Below the pieces are notes generated by a model. That model was not told where the DNA came from. It saw only the letters and a list, made by a program, of their open reading frames with translations, and made no database searches. The position numbers and the translations under genes are program-made. A stretch of 63,723 bases of DNA, counting the filler, from Octopus bimaculoides (taxonomy: Eukaryota): NCBI RefSeq assembly GCF_001194135.2. It is 6 parts of 6 records of this genome, joined end to end, with 100 filler letters (N's around TTAATTAATTAA, not from the genome) between each part and the next. Parts side by side here need not be neighbours in the genome. Positions count along the whole stretch, not along the records: positions 1 to 28,195 come from NC_068996.1; 5 more parts are not named here. One strand, 5' to 3'. Shown here piece after piece: positions 1 to 12,338 of the stretch (position 1 is its first letter; every line of letters starts with the position of its first letter).

Positions 1-738
1 AACAAGTAACTGTAGAATATGTGGAGATCGACAAGAAACAATAAATCATATTATCTCTGGCTGCCCAGTCCTGGCTAAGAAGGAATATATTCACAGACAC
101 GACAGAGCTGGGACCTATATACACTGGAAGCTATGCCAACATTATGGAATAGCAACAGAAAAAAGATGGTATAAACACACGCCAGAAAAGGTCACAGAAA
201 ACGAGAAAGCAACCATACTCTGGGATATGCCAATACACACAGATAGAGAAATTAAGGCAAATAGACCAGATATAGTTGTCAAAGTTCATGAAGAAAAAAA
301 ATGCTAATTTATTGATGTATCAATACCAGCAGATGACAACGTTTCTCTAAAAGAAATGGAAAAACTTTCAAAATACAAAGACCTGGAAATAGAGATAACT
401 CGAATGTGGAATCTAAAAACAGAAACAATTCCTATCATAGTAGGTGCCTTAGGTATNNNNNNNNNNNNNNNNNNNNNNNNNNNNNNNNNNNNNNNNNNNN
501 NNNNNNNNNNNNNNNNNNNNNNNNNNNNNNNNNNNNNNNNNNNNNNNNNAAACACCAGGACTTACAAATATATATAACATACAGAAAATTGCACTACTGG
601 GTACTGCACACATTCTACGCAAAACACTTTCAATACAGTAAACATAAGAGCACCACAGCAAACCACAGCACATACCCAAGGCGCACAGAGCTGCGCTCGG
701 TAGTGAAGTGAAAGCACGTTATAAAAATAAAACTACTG
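1..738 (+). mobile_element. Dong/R4-like non-LTR retrotransposon, 3' end (RLE domain and 3' UTR), degenerate
   Basis: Translations give TILWDMPIHTDREIKANRPDIVV, IDVSIP and KYKDLEIEITRMWNLKTETIPIIVGALG, the RLE C-terminus of R2/R4-group elements. The 3' UTR runs directly into an (AAT)n tract. Confidence 0.85.
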
Positions 739-844
739 AATAATAATAATAATAACAATAATAACAATAATAATAATAATAATAATAATAATGATGATGA
801 TAATGATGATAATAATAATAATTATAATAATAATAATAATAATA

Positions 845-903
<59 letters not shown>

Positions 904-908
904 AATAA
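739..908. repeat. Compound microsatellite, (AAT)n grading into (GAT)n
   Basis: Read directly from the sequence. Confidence 0.95.
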
Positions 909-2205
909 GAGAACAAAGTCAATCGGTTCTTTCTAAGGCCAAGGTCAACACTGTCCTTAAGAAAACAGTGTTATTAGAAGAACCCAAAGGAAAAAATAAT
1001 AATAGCGCTACAAATAAGGAAGGGACAACTGGCTCCAACGACTTAAGTGATTTAAGTGAGGAAGATCAGAAGATTTTAGATGAGTTACAGGAAGTAATGA
1101 GTAAAGAAGTAAGAAAAAGATTGCCAGCATTAAAAGGCACCAACAGAAGGAAGCTGCTAGAAATGATTAGGAAAGTAGATTCTGTTATCAATATGGTAGA
1201 TACTAAAACAATAGGAGACACTAAATTATTGATCTAAGCAGGTGGGGTAATAGTCATTAGAAGATTAGGTATCTCACAGGGAAAGGTTAAAAAAGAGCAA
1301 ATGTGGAAAAGGAGACTAGAAAATAAAATGAAGACTTTAAGACAAGATCTGTGTAGAATAAAAGCCTGGAAACTGAACAAGTTAAGAAACACAAGATTCA
1401 AATCTTCACTCGAGAAAAGATATTTAGTCAAAGAGAAAGGATTTGGGACAATAATAGAAGAGTTGAAACAGTGTATCATAGCAGTAGCGGGCAAGCTCTC
1501 CAGATATCAGAAATGATTATTTAAAAGAAACCAGAGGAGATTTTATAACCAAATAAATAGTGGAGAACGAAGTACTGAAGATTAGAAACCAAATGCAGAA
1601 GAAGCTAGAAAGTTCTGGAGTAATATCTGGGATAAGCCAATCAATCATAATGGAGATGCAGTATGGTTAAAGAAAGTGAGGGAAGAAGTAGTGAGTGAGA
1701 GGCAGCCAGATCAAAGACTAACTAATGCATTAATGAGTAAAGTGTTAGGAAAATTTCTGAATTGGAAGGGCCAAGGACCAGATTTAGTTCAAGGTTACTG
1801 GCGAAAGAAATTTAGTAGTTTACATGGGAGGCTGAGGGAACAACTTCTGGATTGCCTTAATGGAAGAATGATACCAGATTGGATGACTAGAGGGAGGACA
1901 ATAGTCATTATGAAAGATAAGGGCAAGGGTAATACAGCTAGCAACTATAGACCAATCACTTGCCTACCATTAGTGTGGAAGCTGTTAATAAGAATGCTTT
2001 CAGAAAGCATTTACGAACAACTTGACAACCAGAATTTACTATCAGAACAGAAGTGTTGCAGGAAGAAGGCTAGAGGAACGCATGATATATTATACATACA
2101 CAAAGAGCAGTTCTAAATAAATTAAAAGCTAGAAAGAAAAATCTAACAATAACATGGATAGATTATAGGAAAGCCTATGACATGATCCCACACTCATGGA
2201 TATAT
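909..2205 (+). mobile_element. Dong/R4-like retrotransposon fragment (pre-RT region and RT N-terminal motifs), disrupted
   Basis: ORFs 791-1237, 1301-1516 and 1676-2116 contain WKRRLENK, GPDLVQGYW.KKF, PDWMTRGRT and NYRPITCLPLVWKLL, broken by stops and frameshifts. The fragment ends in (TA)n. Confidence 0.85.
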
Positions 2206-2290
2206 ATATATATATTGATAGAAATGGTAAAACAACAAAAGAAAGAAAGAGACCTCGATATTATGTAAATAGAGAAATTTATCTGTAAAT

Positions 2291-2369
2291 ATAATATGTG
2301 ACAATTATTCGGTAGCTATGATAAAACTCTGAGTTTTATCATAGCTACCGAATAATTGTCACATATTAT
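2291..2369. repeat. Perfect palindrome, 39-bp arms with a 1-nt spacer, abutting an N-gap
   Basis: 2291-2329 is the exact reverse complement of 2331-2369. Confidence 0.9.
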
Positions 2370-3619
2370 NNNNNNNNNNNNNNNNNNNNNNNNNNNNNNN
2401 NNNNNNNNNNNNNNNNNNNNNNNNNNNNNNNNNNNNNNNNNNNNNNNNNNNNNNNNNNNNNNNNNNNNNNNNNNNNNNNNNNNNNNNNNNNNNNNNNNNN
2501 NNNNNNNNNNNNNNNNNNNNNNNNNNNNNNNNNNNNNNNNNNNNNNNNNNNNNNNNNNNNNNNNNNNNNNNNNNNNNNNNNNNNNNNNNNNNNNNNNNNN
2601 NNNNNNNNNNNNNNNNNNNNNNNNNNNNNNNNNNNNNNNNNNNNNNNTAAAATTATTGGTTACCATAGGACATTTTCACAAGAACTATTATCCTATATAT
2701 AAACATTAAGAATCTCCTTTTCGTTCGATTGCTAAACTAGTAACGTTCTTGGAAAATAATGGGAAAAATAAAATACATATTCTGCGAATTTCCTCCAGAT
2801 TGATTATTTTTGTCTTTAACGAAATGACTAACTTTATAAAATGTTTAATTAATAAGTCATAAATTATATCATGCTGATGATTTCAAAAAAGACTGAATTA
2901 TTACTATACACCGTTACTACTGACAGGTAATTTTAAGAACACACATACACACACACACACACACACACGCAAAAACTGATTTGTAAATTCTATGAATTAT
3001 TTTCCGTATAATTCCTTAATTTCTTATTAAAATTTCTAATCCCACCAGATATTAAGAAGAAATGGTTATCTCCCGTTGTAATACCTGCGATTGCAAGGTG
3101 AAACCTACGTCTCTGTGAAGGTTTGTTAAGATTGAAAACAGATGAATTTGAACATCATTAATTTAATGTATGATTGTCTACGGTTTTAATTTATCAGTTA
3201 GTAATCTTTCCTTACCTGTCAATTATCGTCCATAACTGTCCGTGACTAACTGTCGTTCGCACCTTTCTTCGTGAGAATTTAGCTAAAGCAAAGCATGACT
3301 GATTTCCAATCAATTTCCATAGTATTTTTGCTGACGTCAGTCAATGAAATTGTTGTGTAGTTGTTGAGAGCATTATTCGTTATTTATTTATTTACTTTTT
3401 CGTTAGGTCTTCACTCTGTTTGAAATATCCGGTTCTTGCTTACGACAACTTTTATCTTGAAGATTGAAAAAAAAGCTCAACTTCAAATTGTGGCAGGAAA
3501 TTGCTGCGCACACATGTGCGCGCGCAAACACAGATTTATACAATATAAATATACATTTACATATATTCGTAAAGATATATAAGAAAATACGCATTTGCAT
3601 ATGTATGTATGTATGTATG

Positions 3620-3656
<37 letters not shown>

Positions 3657-4460
3657 NNNNNNNNNNNNNNNNNNNNNNNNNNNNNNNNNNNNNNNNNNNN
3701 NNNNNNNNNNNNNNNNNNNNNNNNNNNNNNNNNNNNNNNNNNNNNNNNNNNNNNNNNNNNNNNNNNNNNNNNNNNNNNNNNNNNNNNNNNNNNNNNNNNN
3801 NNNNNNNNNNNNNNNNNNNNNNNNNNNNNNNNNNNNNNNNNNNNNNNNNNNNNNNNNNNNNNNNNNNNNNNNNNNNNNNNNNNNNNNNNNNNNNNNNNNN
3901 NNNNNNNNNNNNNNNNNNNNNNNNNNNNNNNNNNNNNNNNNNNNNNNNNNNNNNNNNNNNNNNNNNNNNNNNNNNNNNNNNNNNNNNNNNNNNNNNNNNN
4001 NNNNNNNNNNNNNNNNNNNNNNNNNNNNNNNNNNNNNNNNNNNNNNNNNNNNNNNNNNNNNNNNNNNNNNNNNNNNNNNNNNNNNNNNNNNNNNNNNNNN
4101 NNNNNNNNNNNNNNNNNNNNNNNNNNNNNNNNNNNNNNNNNNNNNNNNNNNNNNNNNNNNNNNNNNNNNNNNNNNNNNNNNNNNNNNNNNNNNNNNNNNN
4201 NNNNNNNNNNNNNNNNNNNNNNNNNNNNNNNNNNNNNNNNNNNNNNNNNNNNNNNNNNNNNNNNNNNNNNNNNNNNNNNNNNNNNNNNNNNNNNNNNNNN
4301 NNNNNNNNNNNNNNNNNNNNNNNNNNNNNNNNNNNNNNNNNNNNNNNNNNNNNNNNNNNNNNNNNNNNNNNNNNNNNNNNNNNNNNNNNNNNNNNNNNNN
4401 NNNNNNNNNNNNNNNNNNNNNNNNNNNNNNNNNNNNNNNNNNNNNNNNNNNNNNNNNNNN

Positions 4461-4578
4461 NCAAGGGTTTGGTTGGCCCGAGACTATAGTAGAAGACACT
4501 TGCCCAAGGTGCCACGCCGTGGGACTGAACCCGGGACCATGTGGTTGGTAGGCAAGCTACTTACCAGACAGCTACTCA
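4461..4578 (-). mobile_element. tRNA-derived SINE family A, 5' part
   Basis: Matches the heads of the copies at 29181 and 52008 in reverse complement. Confidence 0.8.
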
Positions 4579-4581
4579 CTG

Positions 4582-4715
4582 TCACATGTATTGATGTTTT
4601 TCAGTAACTTTCTTCCCATAAGCCCATTTGATGTGACACATTATTGAGATCTAAACAACAAAGACAAATTGAAATTTAAATCCTCCCCTCCGCTTACCAA
4701 ACGAGGCCGTGCGTG

Positions 4716-4766
<51 letters not shown>

Positions 4767-4985
4767 ACGTATATTTACTGACAGAAAATTCTGCTATTAA
4801 AATGTATCATCTTTTATAGACCGTTTTTTAAATCTCTGGTTAAATTCCACCAGTGATCTCAGACTCTCCAATATTTTAAACGAAAACAATGGAGAGTAAA
4901 AAAAAATCAGAAATTTTCAATTTTTTAAAAGAATAGTATAAATGTGCTTATTGAGAGAAACATTGAAAAACATCAATACATGTGA
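4582..4985. mobile_element. MITE-like element with a perfect 22-bp TIR
   Basis: tcacatgtattgatgtttttca at 4582-4603 and its exact reverse complement at 4964-4985. A homologue lies at 46901-47290. Confidence 0.8.
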
Positions 4986-5580
4986 TGGTGACAAAGGTGG
5001 TCATAGGATGTGCTAAAACCAACAGTTAAATCTCCTTTAAATCACATACCTTTTCTTCTGAAAATATTTTTAAAAACTATTATTATTTTTTTTTTACCGA
5101 AAAAGGCTTCTTCCATCGTTTTTAAGTGCGTACTACAAAACAGATTGGCCAAAGTTGGATGGGAGTAAGGAGGAGAAAGAAGGGAGGTGGGGAAAAAATG
5201 AAGGCATTCTTTCGGTCTACCTCACAAGACAGAAAGTGAAAGAGAGAAGAAAGTGAAAGATGTATGCACGTGTATATGAAATGGACATGGGATCTTTCTG
5301 ATTTGGCGGACACCATATTTTATTTAGTTTTTATTTCACTTTCAAACTTCGTATACTTATATATTTTGTCTTATAGAGCAGAGAAAATTTTTTATATTCT
5401 AAGTTATTTCATGTTAAAAGTTGTCGTATTTCGGTAATTGCAACCAATCACTGACGTCTATTGAGGTGAAAACAATTACTGCTGTGGATTGTAAACAACA
5501 CGTTGTGACGGTGTAATGGGACCTTTTCCCTTGAATAAAATTACTGCCGTTGTTTGTCAACAACAACTATCGGCGGTACA

Positions 5581-5691
5581 GTTATTTATGACATCGTTCG
5601 TGCGTTTGTACTGGTTTTAGCTTTAGGGTTTTAGGGTTAGGGTTAGGGTTTTAGGGTTAGGGTTAGGGTTAGGGTTATTTATGACATCGTT
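5581..5691 (+). repeat. Interstitial (TTAGGG)8 tract between 18-bp direct repeats
   Basis: Eight TTAGGG units at 5623-5674. gttatttatgacatcgtt occurs at 5581-5598 and at 5674-5691. Confidence 0.9.
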
Positions 5692-6259
5692 TCGGTGTGT
5701 GTGTGTGTGTGTGTGTGTTTGTGCGTGTGTTTGAGAGAGAGAGAAAGATAGATAGAGTGAGAGAGTGAGTGGGTGAAGGTGTGTGTTGTCATGTATGTAT
5801 CAGGTTGAGTAAACGGTAAGCAACGTTTTGAACCATGAAGAATTTGTACCGGATTTTTGCAGAGTTTTGAGTTTTTTTGCTTTTTTTTAATATTTCTTTT
5901 GCCATTGTCTGATAATACAGACATAGACTTGCCTAAATGCATCAATAAATTAAGATTGATATTTCTTTTTCACCATTGTTACAATCATCTCTGACCGAGT
6001 TGGTCGTGAATTTTCTTTGTGCGTCGTTCGAAAGGTTAGTGAAGGAATGTTGAGTTGGAATTATGTTTGTTATTAATTGTTGTGTCTGCAGACACTTATT
6101 TTTCTACCTTACGGTAGTTTTGTTAACGATGTCTTCCTTGTTTGAAGCGCATTATTTGTGTATTCATAATGTATGAAGATTTGAATTATTCAGACGTAAC
6201 AACGTCTGAAGAGGAATAGCTGAAAGGTTTGGAAATTGCAGACCAGAACATTGAAAAAA

Positions 6260-7000
6260 TGGCGGAAGAAAAAAATGAATTTTGCAGCTGAGGAAAAAAG
6301 TGAAGAAATTTATTTTAAGAAGGCAGACTTTAAAAAGTACAAGGAAATCCTGCGAATGTAAAAGTGGTCCCTCCTAGTGAAGTTGCAAGGGTCACACAAA
6401 GAAATACAGTAATATACAGAACGTATAGTCTAGAGGCAAAGGAAATGGAAATAGGGACAAAAATAGAAGTAGAGAAGGCTCTGAGATCCATCTGGCAGGA
6501 TGTCATCTACCTTGCCAGAGGGACAAAATACGCTACTGTGGAGGTGCGATTCGCATCCGAGGAGAAGGCCAGGCAACATTCTGTAGCCTCCCTGAAAACG
6601 GACGAGGTAATACTTCTGCCTACTTACCTTGGAAGACGTGCTTCCAGGATAAGGGTGGAAGAGATTACCCCGGAGGTAGATGTTGTCTGGCTGGTGGCTG
6701 CAATACCGTTAGATGTTGAAGAGAATATAGTGGTTCTCCGAGTAACATGGACGTCACCGGAGAATTGGCAAAGGCAGACTCTGGAAATAATCATTCAGGC
6801 TGCACCGAAGACCTCGAAAGGATGGTAGACATCCTAATGGTGGGAGACGAGGTGGTTTTGAGAGTCATAGTGGAGGGTAGGAAACCCCGCTGCTATAAAT
6901 ATAAGAAGGAAGTGTTCTTCGCCGACCACAGAAACACCAGCATTGTTGCAGGCCCGAGGGAAAGTCGCACCTCCACCTCCTGAAATGACAAGTGGAGGAG
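6260..7000 (+). pseudogene. Gag/ORF1-like nucleic-acid-binding protein of a retroelement (L1/Tx1-like), frameshifted
   Basis: ORFs 6364-6828 and 6747-6983 show an RRM-like TVEVRFASEE segment, LLPTYLGRR, and VIVEGRKPRCYK resembling a decayed CCHC knuckle. No RT follows. Confidence 0.55.
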
Positions 7001-7913
7001 CCCGGTAAGGAGGCACAAGTGGAGGAAGAGAAAGCAAAAGTGTGGAAGGCGGTGAACCGGAAAAGGAGAAAAAAAGAGAACTCAGGATATTGATGTTAAC
7101 CCCCATCCGACCCCACCCCGTCCCACTCTACCCCCACGCTCCTTCTGCAGACACCAACCCTCACTCTACCCCACCAGACACTGACACGATAGCTACAAAC
7201 ACACAAGTGCCCCAAATTTCCTAACCCCGACCCTGTGAAAAAAGTTACATTATTTTCTACAATAAATCATTCAAGGAATTGTGCGAGGAAATAAACAATA
7301 TAGACGAAGGAGATAAAAGTAGATATTGAAGAGTGTGAGGAAGTGACCTCGCATGTTAATTGCGTATTAATGAACAGAAAGAACTCGCTAATGGAGGAAT
7401 TTCAACCATGTTTCGTGGTCTGCTACCACAACAGCTCCTTTATAGGATCCAGGAGGAACCACGTCCGGTTTCGGCCCCTATTCCTCTACCGTTTTGGAGG
7501 TGTCTTCAGCTCAGGTGTTGAGTGCATGTCTTCTTTCTTCTGTTCCCTGGCCTCTTCGATGCAGCGTCAACTGACTGTTTTGTCAAATTTCCCAATGCAG
7601 GTGTCTCTTGAAAGGAAATAGATACCAGGGGACTGAAGTCAACGGTAAGCTATTATGAGCTTTTAAAAGAATTTCAGATGGACGTATTAAGTGATGATTA
7701 AATTATTTATTTGTTTTTTTAAAAAGTTTCAAGAAGGTCACTTGGATTGTAGGGAACGAGTGACCTTCATTTCATCCATTCATTTTTTATACCATCCTTC
7801 TCATTCGTTTTATTTTTTTCCCTCACTTTTGTGTTTTTATCCGTTTTTGTACTGTCCCTCTAATGTTTAGCCCCCTGTGGGCAATAAAGAAATCGTTATT
7901 TCAATCATCTGAA

Positions 7914-8873
7914 ATGCAACTGTCAAAGCACGGTATTCGAGCAATTTTGCTATTCAACTTCAAGAAAGGACGTAAAGCAGCTGAAACTGCTTACGATTTC
8001 AACGAAACGTTTGGCGAGGAAATGACCGTGAGTGGTCAGCTCGAAAATGATTTAAACGATTTCGCAGTGGAATCCTGAGCCTTGAAGATCGTGAGTGAAG
8101 TGGACGCCCATCTGTCATCGATGACGGTCAATTAAAGACCGTCATTGAGAAAGATCCTCGTAAAATCATTCGAGAACTTGCAAAAGAACTTCAACTTAGC
8201 CAGAAAACTGCCTGCGACCATTTGCATGCAATCGGAAAATCAAAAATACTCGACAAATGGGGACCACCCGATTTGAAGGAAAATCAGAAAATGCGCTAGC
8301 TATTAAATTTGCTCGTCGCTTCTTCTTCGTAACCAGACCGAGCCATTTCTCGATCGTATTGTAACTTGCGATGAAAAGTGGATTCTGTACAATAATAAAA
8401 AACGTTCTTTGCAGTGGTTGGACCAAAATGAAGCACTGAAAATTTTCCCTAAATCCAAGCTCTTCAAAAAGAAACTTACGGTGACTGTTTGGTGGTGTAC
8501 TGCTGGACTCATCCACAATTACTTTTTAAAACCTGGAAAAACCATTACTGCAGAAACATATTGCCATGAAATTCTTCATGACAATGCTTGACCACATGTT
8601 TCACTAATGAAGCTCCAGAAGTCGAAGGAATTTTGGCTACGAAGTTCTTCCTCACCCAGCTTATTCCCCAGACCTTTCTCCTACCGACTACCACTTTTTC
8701 AAGCACCTTGATGGTTTCCTTCGAGAGAAGTTCAAAAATCAAACCAATGCTGAAAGTGCATTCAAAGAGTTCATCAGCTCCAAAACTCAAGATTTTTAAG
8801 TTACCAGAATAAACAAGCTTGTTACTCGTTGGCAAAAATGTGTTTATTGTAGCGGCACTTACTTTGATGAATA
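7914..8873 (+). pseudogene. mariner transposase pseudogene
   Basis: N-terminal HTH MQLSKHGIRAILLFNFKKGRKAAET, then IVTCDEKWILYNN, TVWW, LHDNA and a C-terminus LVTRWQKCV...YFDE. It carries stops, frameshifts and an internal deletion. Confidence 0.9.
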
Positions 8874-8983
8874 AAATTTCCGCATTCTTGAAATATATTG
8901 TGATGAATTTTATGTTTCAAAACGTTGCTTACATTTTACGCAGCCTGATATTTTTTTTGCATGTATGTGTAAGTGGCACTCAG

Positions 8984-9060
<77 letters not shown>

Positions 9061-9857
9061 CACACACATCTTTCATATACATACACATACATAAATACAA
9101 TCTTTTTTGTGTGTGTGCGTGTGTGTGTATGTGACAGAGGGAAAGAGAGTGATAACTAAGTATCACTCACTTTCACTTTCTCCTCTCCCTTTAGAGCAAA
9201 AGTAAATAACGAACAATTATATGGTCCCATATGATCGAATTTTGACAGTCCTGGCGGGTATACCGAAAGAATGCCAAAAGTAGACTGTGGTGAAAAAGAA
9301 ACTGGAAAACCACCGTCAAAACGGAGAAAATCTGATCCGAAACTCCGCCATAATTGAAATTAGTCATTATTCATTTTGCCCCCAATTTAGACAGTTTTTA
9401 AGAATGGAAATAATCAAATTAGACATTAGTATGGGAACAAATTGATATGGAATCCAACAGAGAAAAGAATATTAACTGTTAAACATAAAAAATTATCTAT
9501 AAGTTTTATTAGCAATTTCAATTACGATCGAGTCGAAGTTATTTCTTGAATGAAAAGTACCTGTCACATGACTGTGTTTTAAAACTCTCTCAACTTTAAC
9601 AACTATGCTGACCAATTTTTACTCCCAAAAATGGTGCAACGCAACAAATGATGCAATACTTGCAATATAATAGTTTCAAACAGGTAAAGAGAAAAATAAG
9701 AAGAAATGAGAAATTACTTATTTTGCCCCGCTCCCTATAGTAATTTCAAATGTTTGATGAATTGGAGAAGTACAAAATGAAGAAAACTATAGACAAAAGA
9801 AAGAAAGAAAAAGGTTCGATTTAATGAAAAACATTTGATGATATAATATATAGTTTA

Positions 9858-10068
9858 CTCTTTTATTTGTTTCAGTTACTTGACTGCGGCCATGCTGGAG
9901 CACCGCCTTTAGTTGAACAAATCGACTCCAGGACTTATTTTTTGTAAGCCTATTACTTATTCTATCGGTCTCTTGTGCCGAACCGCTAAATTACTGGGAC
10001 GTAAACACACCAGCATCGGTTGTCAAGCGATGTTGGGGGGACAAATATAGACACACAAACACACACAA

Positions 10069-10109
<41 letters not shown>

Positions 10110-10280
10110 CATATATACGATGGGCTTCTTTCAGTTTCCGTCTACCAAATCCACTCACAAAGCTTTGGTCGGCCTGAGGCTATAGTAGAAGACACTTGCC
10201 CAAGGTACCACGCAGTGGGACTGAACCCGGAACCATGTGGTTGGTAAGCAAGCTACTTACCACACAGTCACTCCTGCGCC
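9858..10280 (-). mobile_element. tRNA-derived SINE family A, full length, with internal (CA)/(TA) microsatellite
   Basis: The reverse complement starts ggcgcaggagtgactgtgtggtaag, has a B-box-like ggttccgggttcagtccc, and shares its 3' end with the copy at 52008. Confidence 0.85.
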
Positions 10281-10399
10281 TAAATAAATTCTAAATAATT
10301 CTAAAGCCGAAAAAAATTCTTTTAACTGTTGTGAGATGTAATTTTATTACTAAAGCTAAATACGAAATTTACGTTTTAGAACATTTCTTATTTGTTCGT

Positions 10400-11060
10400 T
10401 TATAAAGACCAGTTTTCTTTGTCTCAGAGAAACGACATGTGGAAACGACATGTGGAAACGACATGCTGTGCCACTTGACATTCACGTTGGAAACTCCAAT
10501 ACGAACATTTCAGAGTGTTTGGTTGTCAATCTGAGGACAGGGCAATCTGAAGATATGCATCGAGAGTGATAAAAATGAAACATCCAGTCAATACCATGGT
10601 GTTTGGAGTGATCACTAGTGATGGTGACGTTATGCATCGATTCACCTTCAACACGGAGGCCTACATCAAGTGCCTGGAGGAGGTAATGCTATCCCGGGTC
10701 AAGAGGGTTGCTGCTGGAAGACCCTATGTCTGGCAACAGGACTCTGCACCATGCCACACAAGCAGGAGAAGCCAGTCATGGCTGTCAGACAATTTCTGCA
10801 ACCACCCCACCCCTAACATCTGACCACTTAACTCCCCAGACTGTAACCCCCTTGATTATTATGTGTGGGGCACAGTTGAGCTGGAGACCAACAAAACTCC
10901 TTGTAACACCAAAGATGAACTGAAGTCAAGGATTATGGCAGCATTCACCAACTTAAACAAGGAGACCATCCAGAAGAGTTGCAGGAGATTCTGAAGTCGT
11001 CTAAAGGCCATGACTGAAGCCAATGGCAATTTTATTAAATAGGTTTACTCTTTAGTATTT
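10400..11060 (+). mobile_element. maT/Tc1-mariner (DD37D-like) internally deleted transposon
   Basis: HPVNTMVFGVITSDG, YVWQQDSAPCHTS and NSPDCNPLDYYVWG. The HTH start is joined directly to the catalytic region. A homologue lies at 36290-36990. Confidence 0.85.
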
Positions 11061-11275
11061 TAAGATATTTTTATGTAATTTTGGTAAGTGTTATTTTCAT
11101 TGTATTTGAACTGTAATTTTATTAACTGTTTNNNNNNNNNNNNNNNNNNNNNNNNNNNNNNNNNNNNNNNNNNNNNNNNNNNNNNNNNNNNNNNNNNNNN
11201 NNNNNNNNNNNNNNNNNNNNNNNNNNNNNNNNNNNNNNNNNNNNNNNNNNNNNNNNNNNNNNNNNNNNNNNNNNN

Positions 11276-11311
<36 letters not shown>

Positions 11312-11386
11312 GACGGGCTTCTTTCAGTTTCCGTCTGGCAAATCCACTCACAAAGCTTCTTATCACACAGGCAGATAGATATGGCC

Positions 11387-12338
11387 GGTCTATGGGGTTA
11401 CCATGGGTTTCATGTCCATAAGGCGCTTAGATTTACAGAGTTCCTTCAGACCATAAAACCCTATTGCCTCTCTAGCAAATGGAGGAGGAAAAGATTTCGT
11501 TACTCTACATCAACAGCAAAGAATTGCTTCCCTTTGACTACTAGTAATTGACATGCTGGCGTGTAGATCCCAGGACGCCAGCAGGCTCCGAAGACCTCCT
11601 TCCTGGAGTTAAAGATGTTCCCCGGATCACGGGAGTCCTTTGATATCCTCGACCATTCGGCTGTACACAGTTTACAACGCTTGGTCCCATTTATGTAGGA
11701 TCTTTTTTAGGATCTTCCGTAATATTACACGTGGATTTCCGTCGTCTTTCAGCCGCCATACATGGTTGGCTAAGGCCGTATCGTATCTCCTTTCCGAGAC
11801 CTTGAAAGAGAATCTGTGGTTGTAGAGGTGCTGTTTGAACGCGCTACCGGAACATCCAATGTATCTCCGTGTGCAGATGTTGGCGATTCTGCTTCTGTTG
11901 ATGCTGACGCTGCTGCTATCATTGTTGTTGGTGTTGGCGTCGTTAAAGCTGGCATTGTTGTTGGTGCTGGCGCCATTGCCGCTAATACTGGCGTAGGGAG
12001 CATCACCGATGTTCTGGTAATGCGTTCAAACATCGCCTCTCCAACCACAGATCCCTTTCAGGATCTCGGAAAGGAGTTACGCTACGTCCTTAGCCAACCA
12101 TTTATGGCGGCTGAAAGACGACGAAACTACTAGGACCCACACATCAACGTGGTCAATTAATAACGGTCAAAAGAAGACCATCCCTTGATGTTGACAAAGT
12201 AACAAAGTCTTTTTCTCCTCCATTTTCTGGAGAGGCCACTTCTTAGAAAGGTCATAGGCCAGCAGGCTTTAAGATATAAAGAAACGCTGTGAAGCTAAGC
12301 GCTTTATGGACATGAAACCCAGGGTAAATCCATAGACC
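11387..12338. mobile_element. Penelope-like element remnant: two GIY-YIG 3' fragments in inverted, tail-out arrangement
   Basis: ~44-bp inverted termini (11387-11431 and 12295-12338). Segments encoding LANH(V/L)WRLKDD occur on minus (~11745-11790) and on plus (~12085-12125). A minus-strand LNSRKEVFGAC-like motif is typical of the PLE endonuclease C-terminus. Confidence 0.65.

Larger units (their letters stand above)
5800..8948 (+). mobile_element. mariner (DD34D) transposon with ~2 kb of extra internal sequence
   Basis: 33-bp TIRs at 5800-5832 and 8916-8948 (29/33 match), TA dinucleotides at 5798-5799 and 8949-8950, and a transposase remnant at 7914-8873. Confidence 0.8.

Noticed and set aside
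3403-4607. 300-390 aa ORFs spanning N-gaps (also 35013-36187 and 49477-50724)
   Set aside because: They are almost entirely X residues from unsequenced gaps.
5623-5674. True telomere or chromosome-fusion scar
   Set aside because: The tract has only eight units in one orientation, is interrupted, and lies in interspersed-repeat context.
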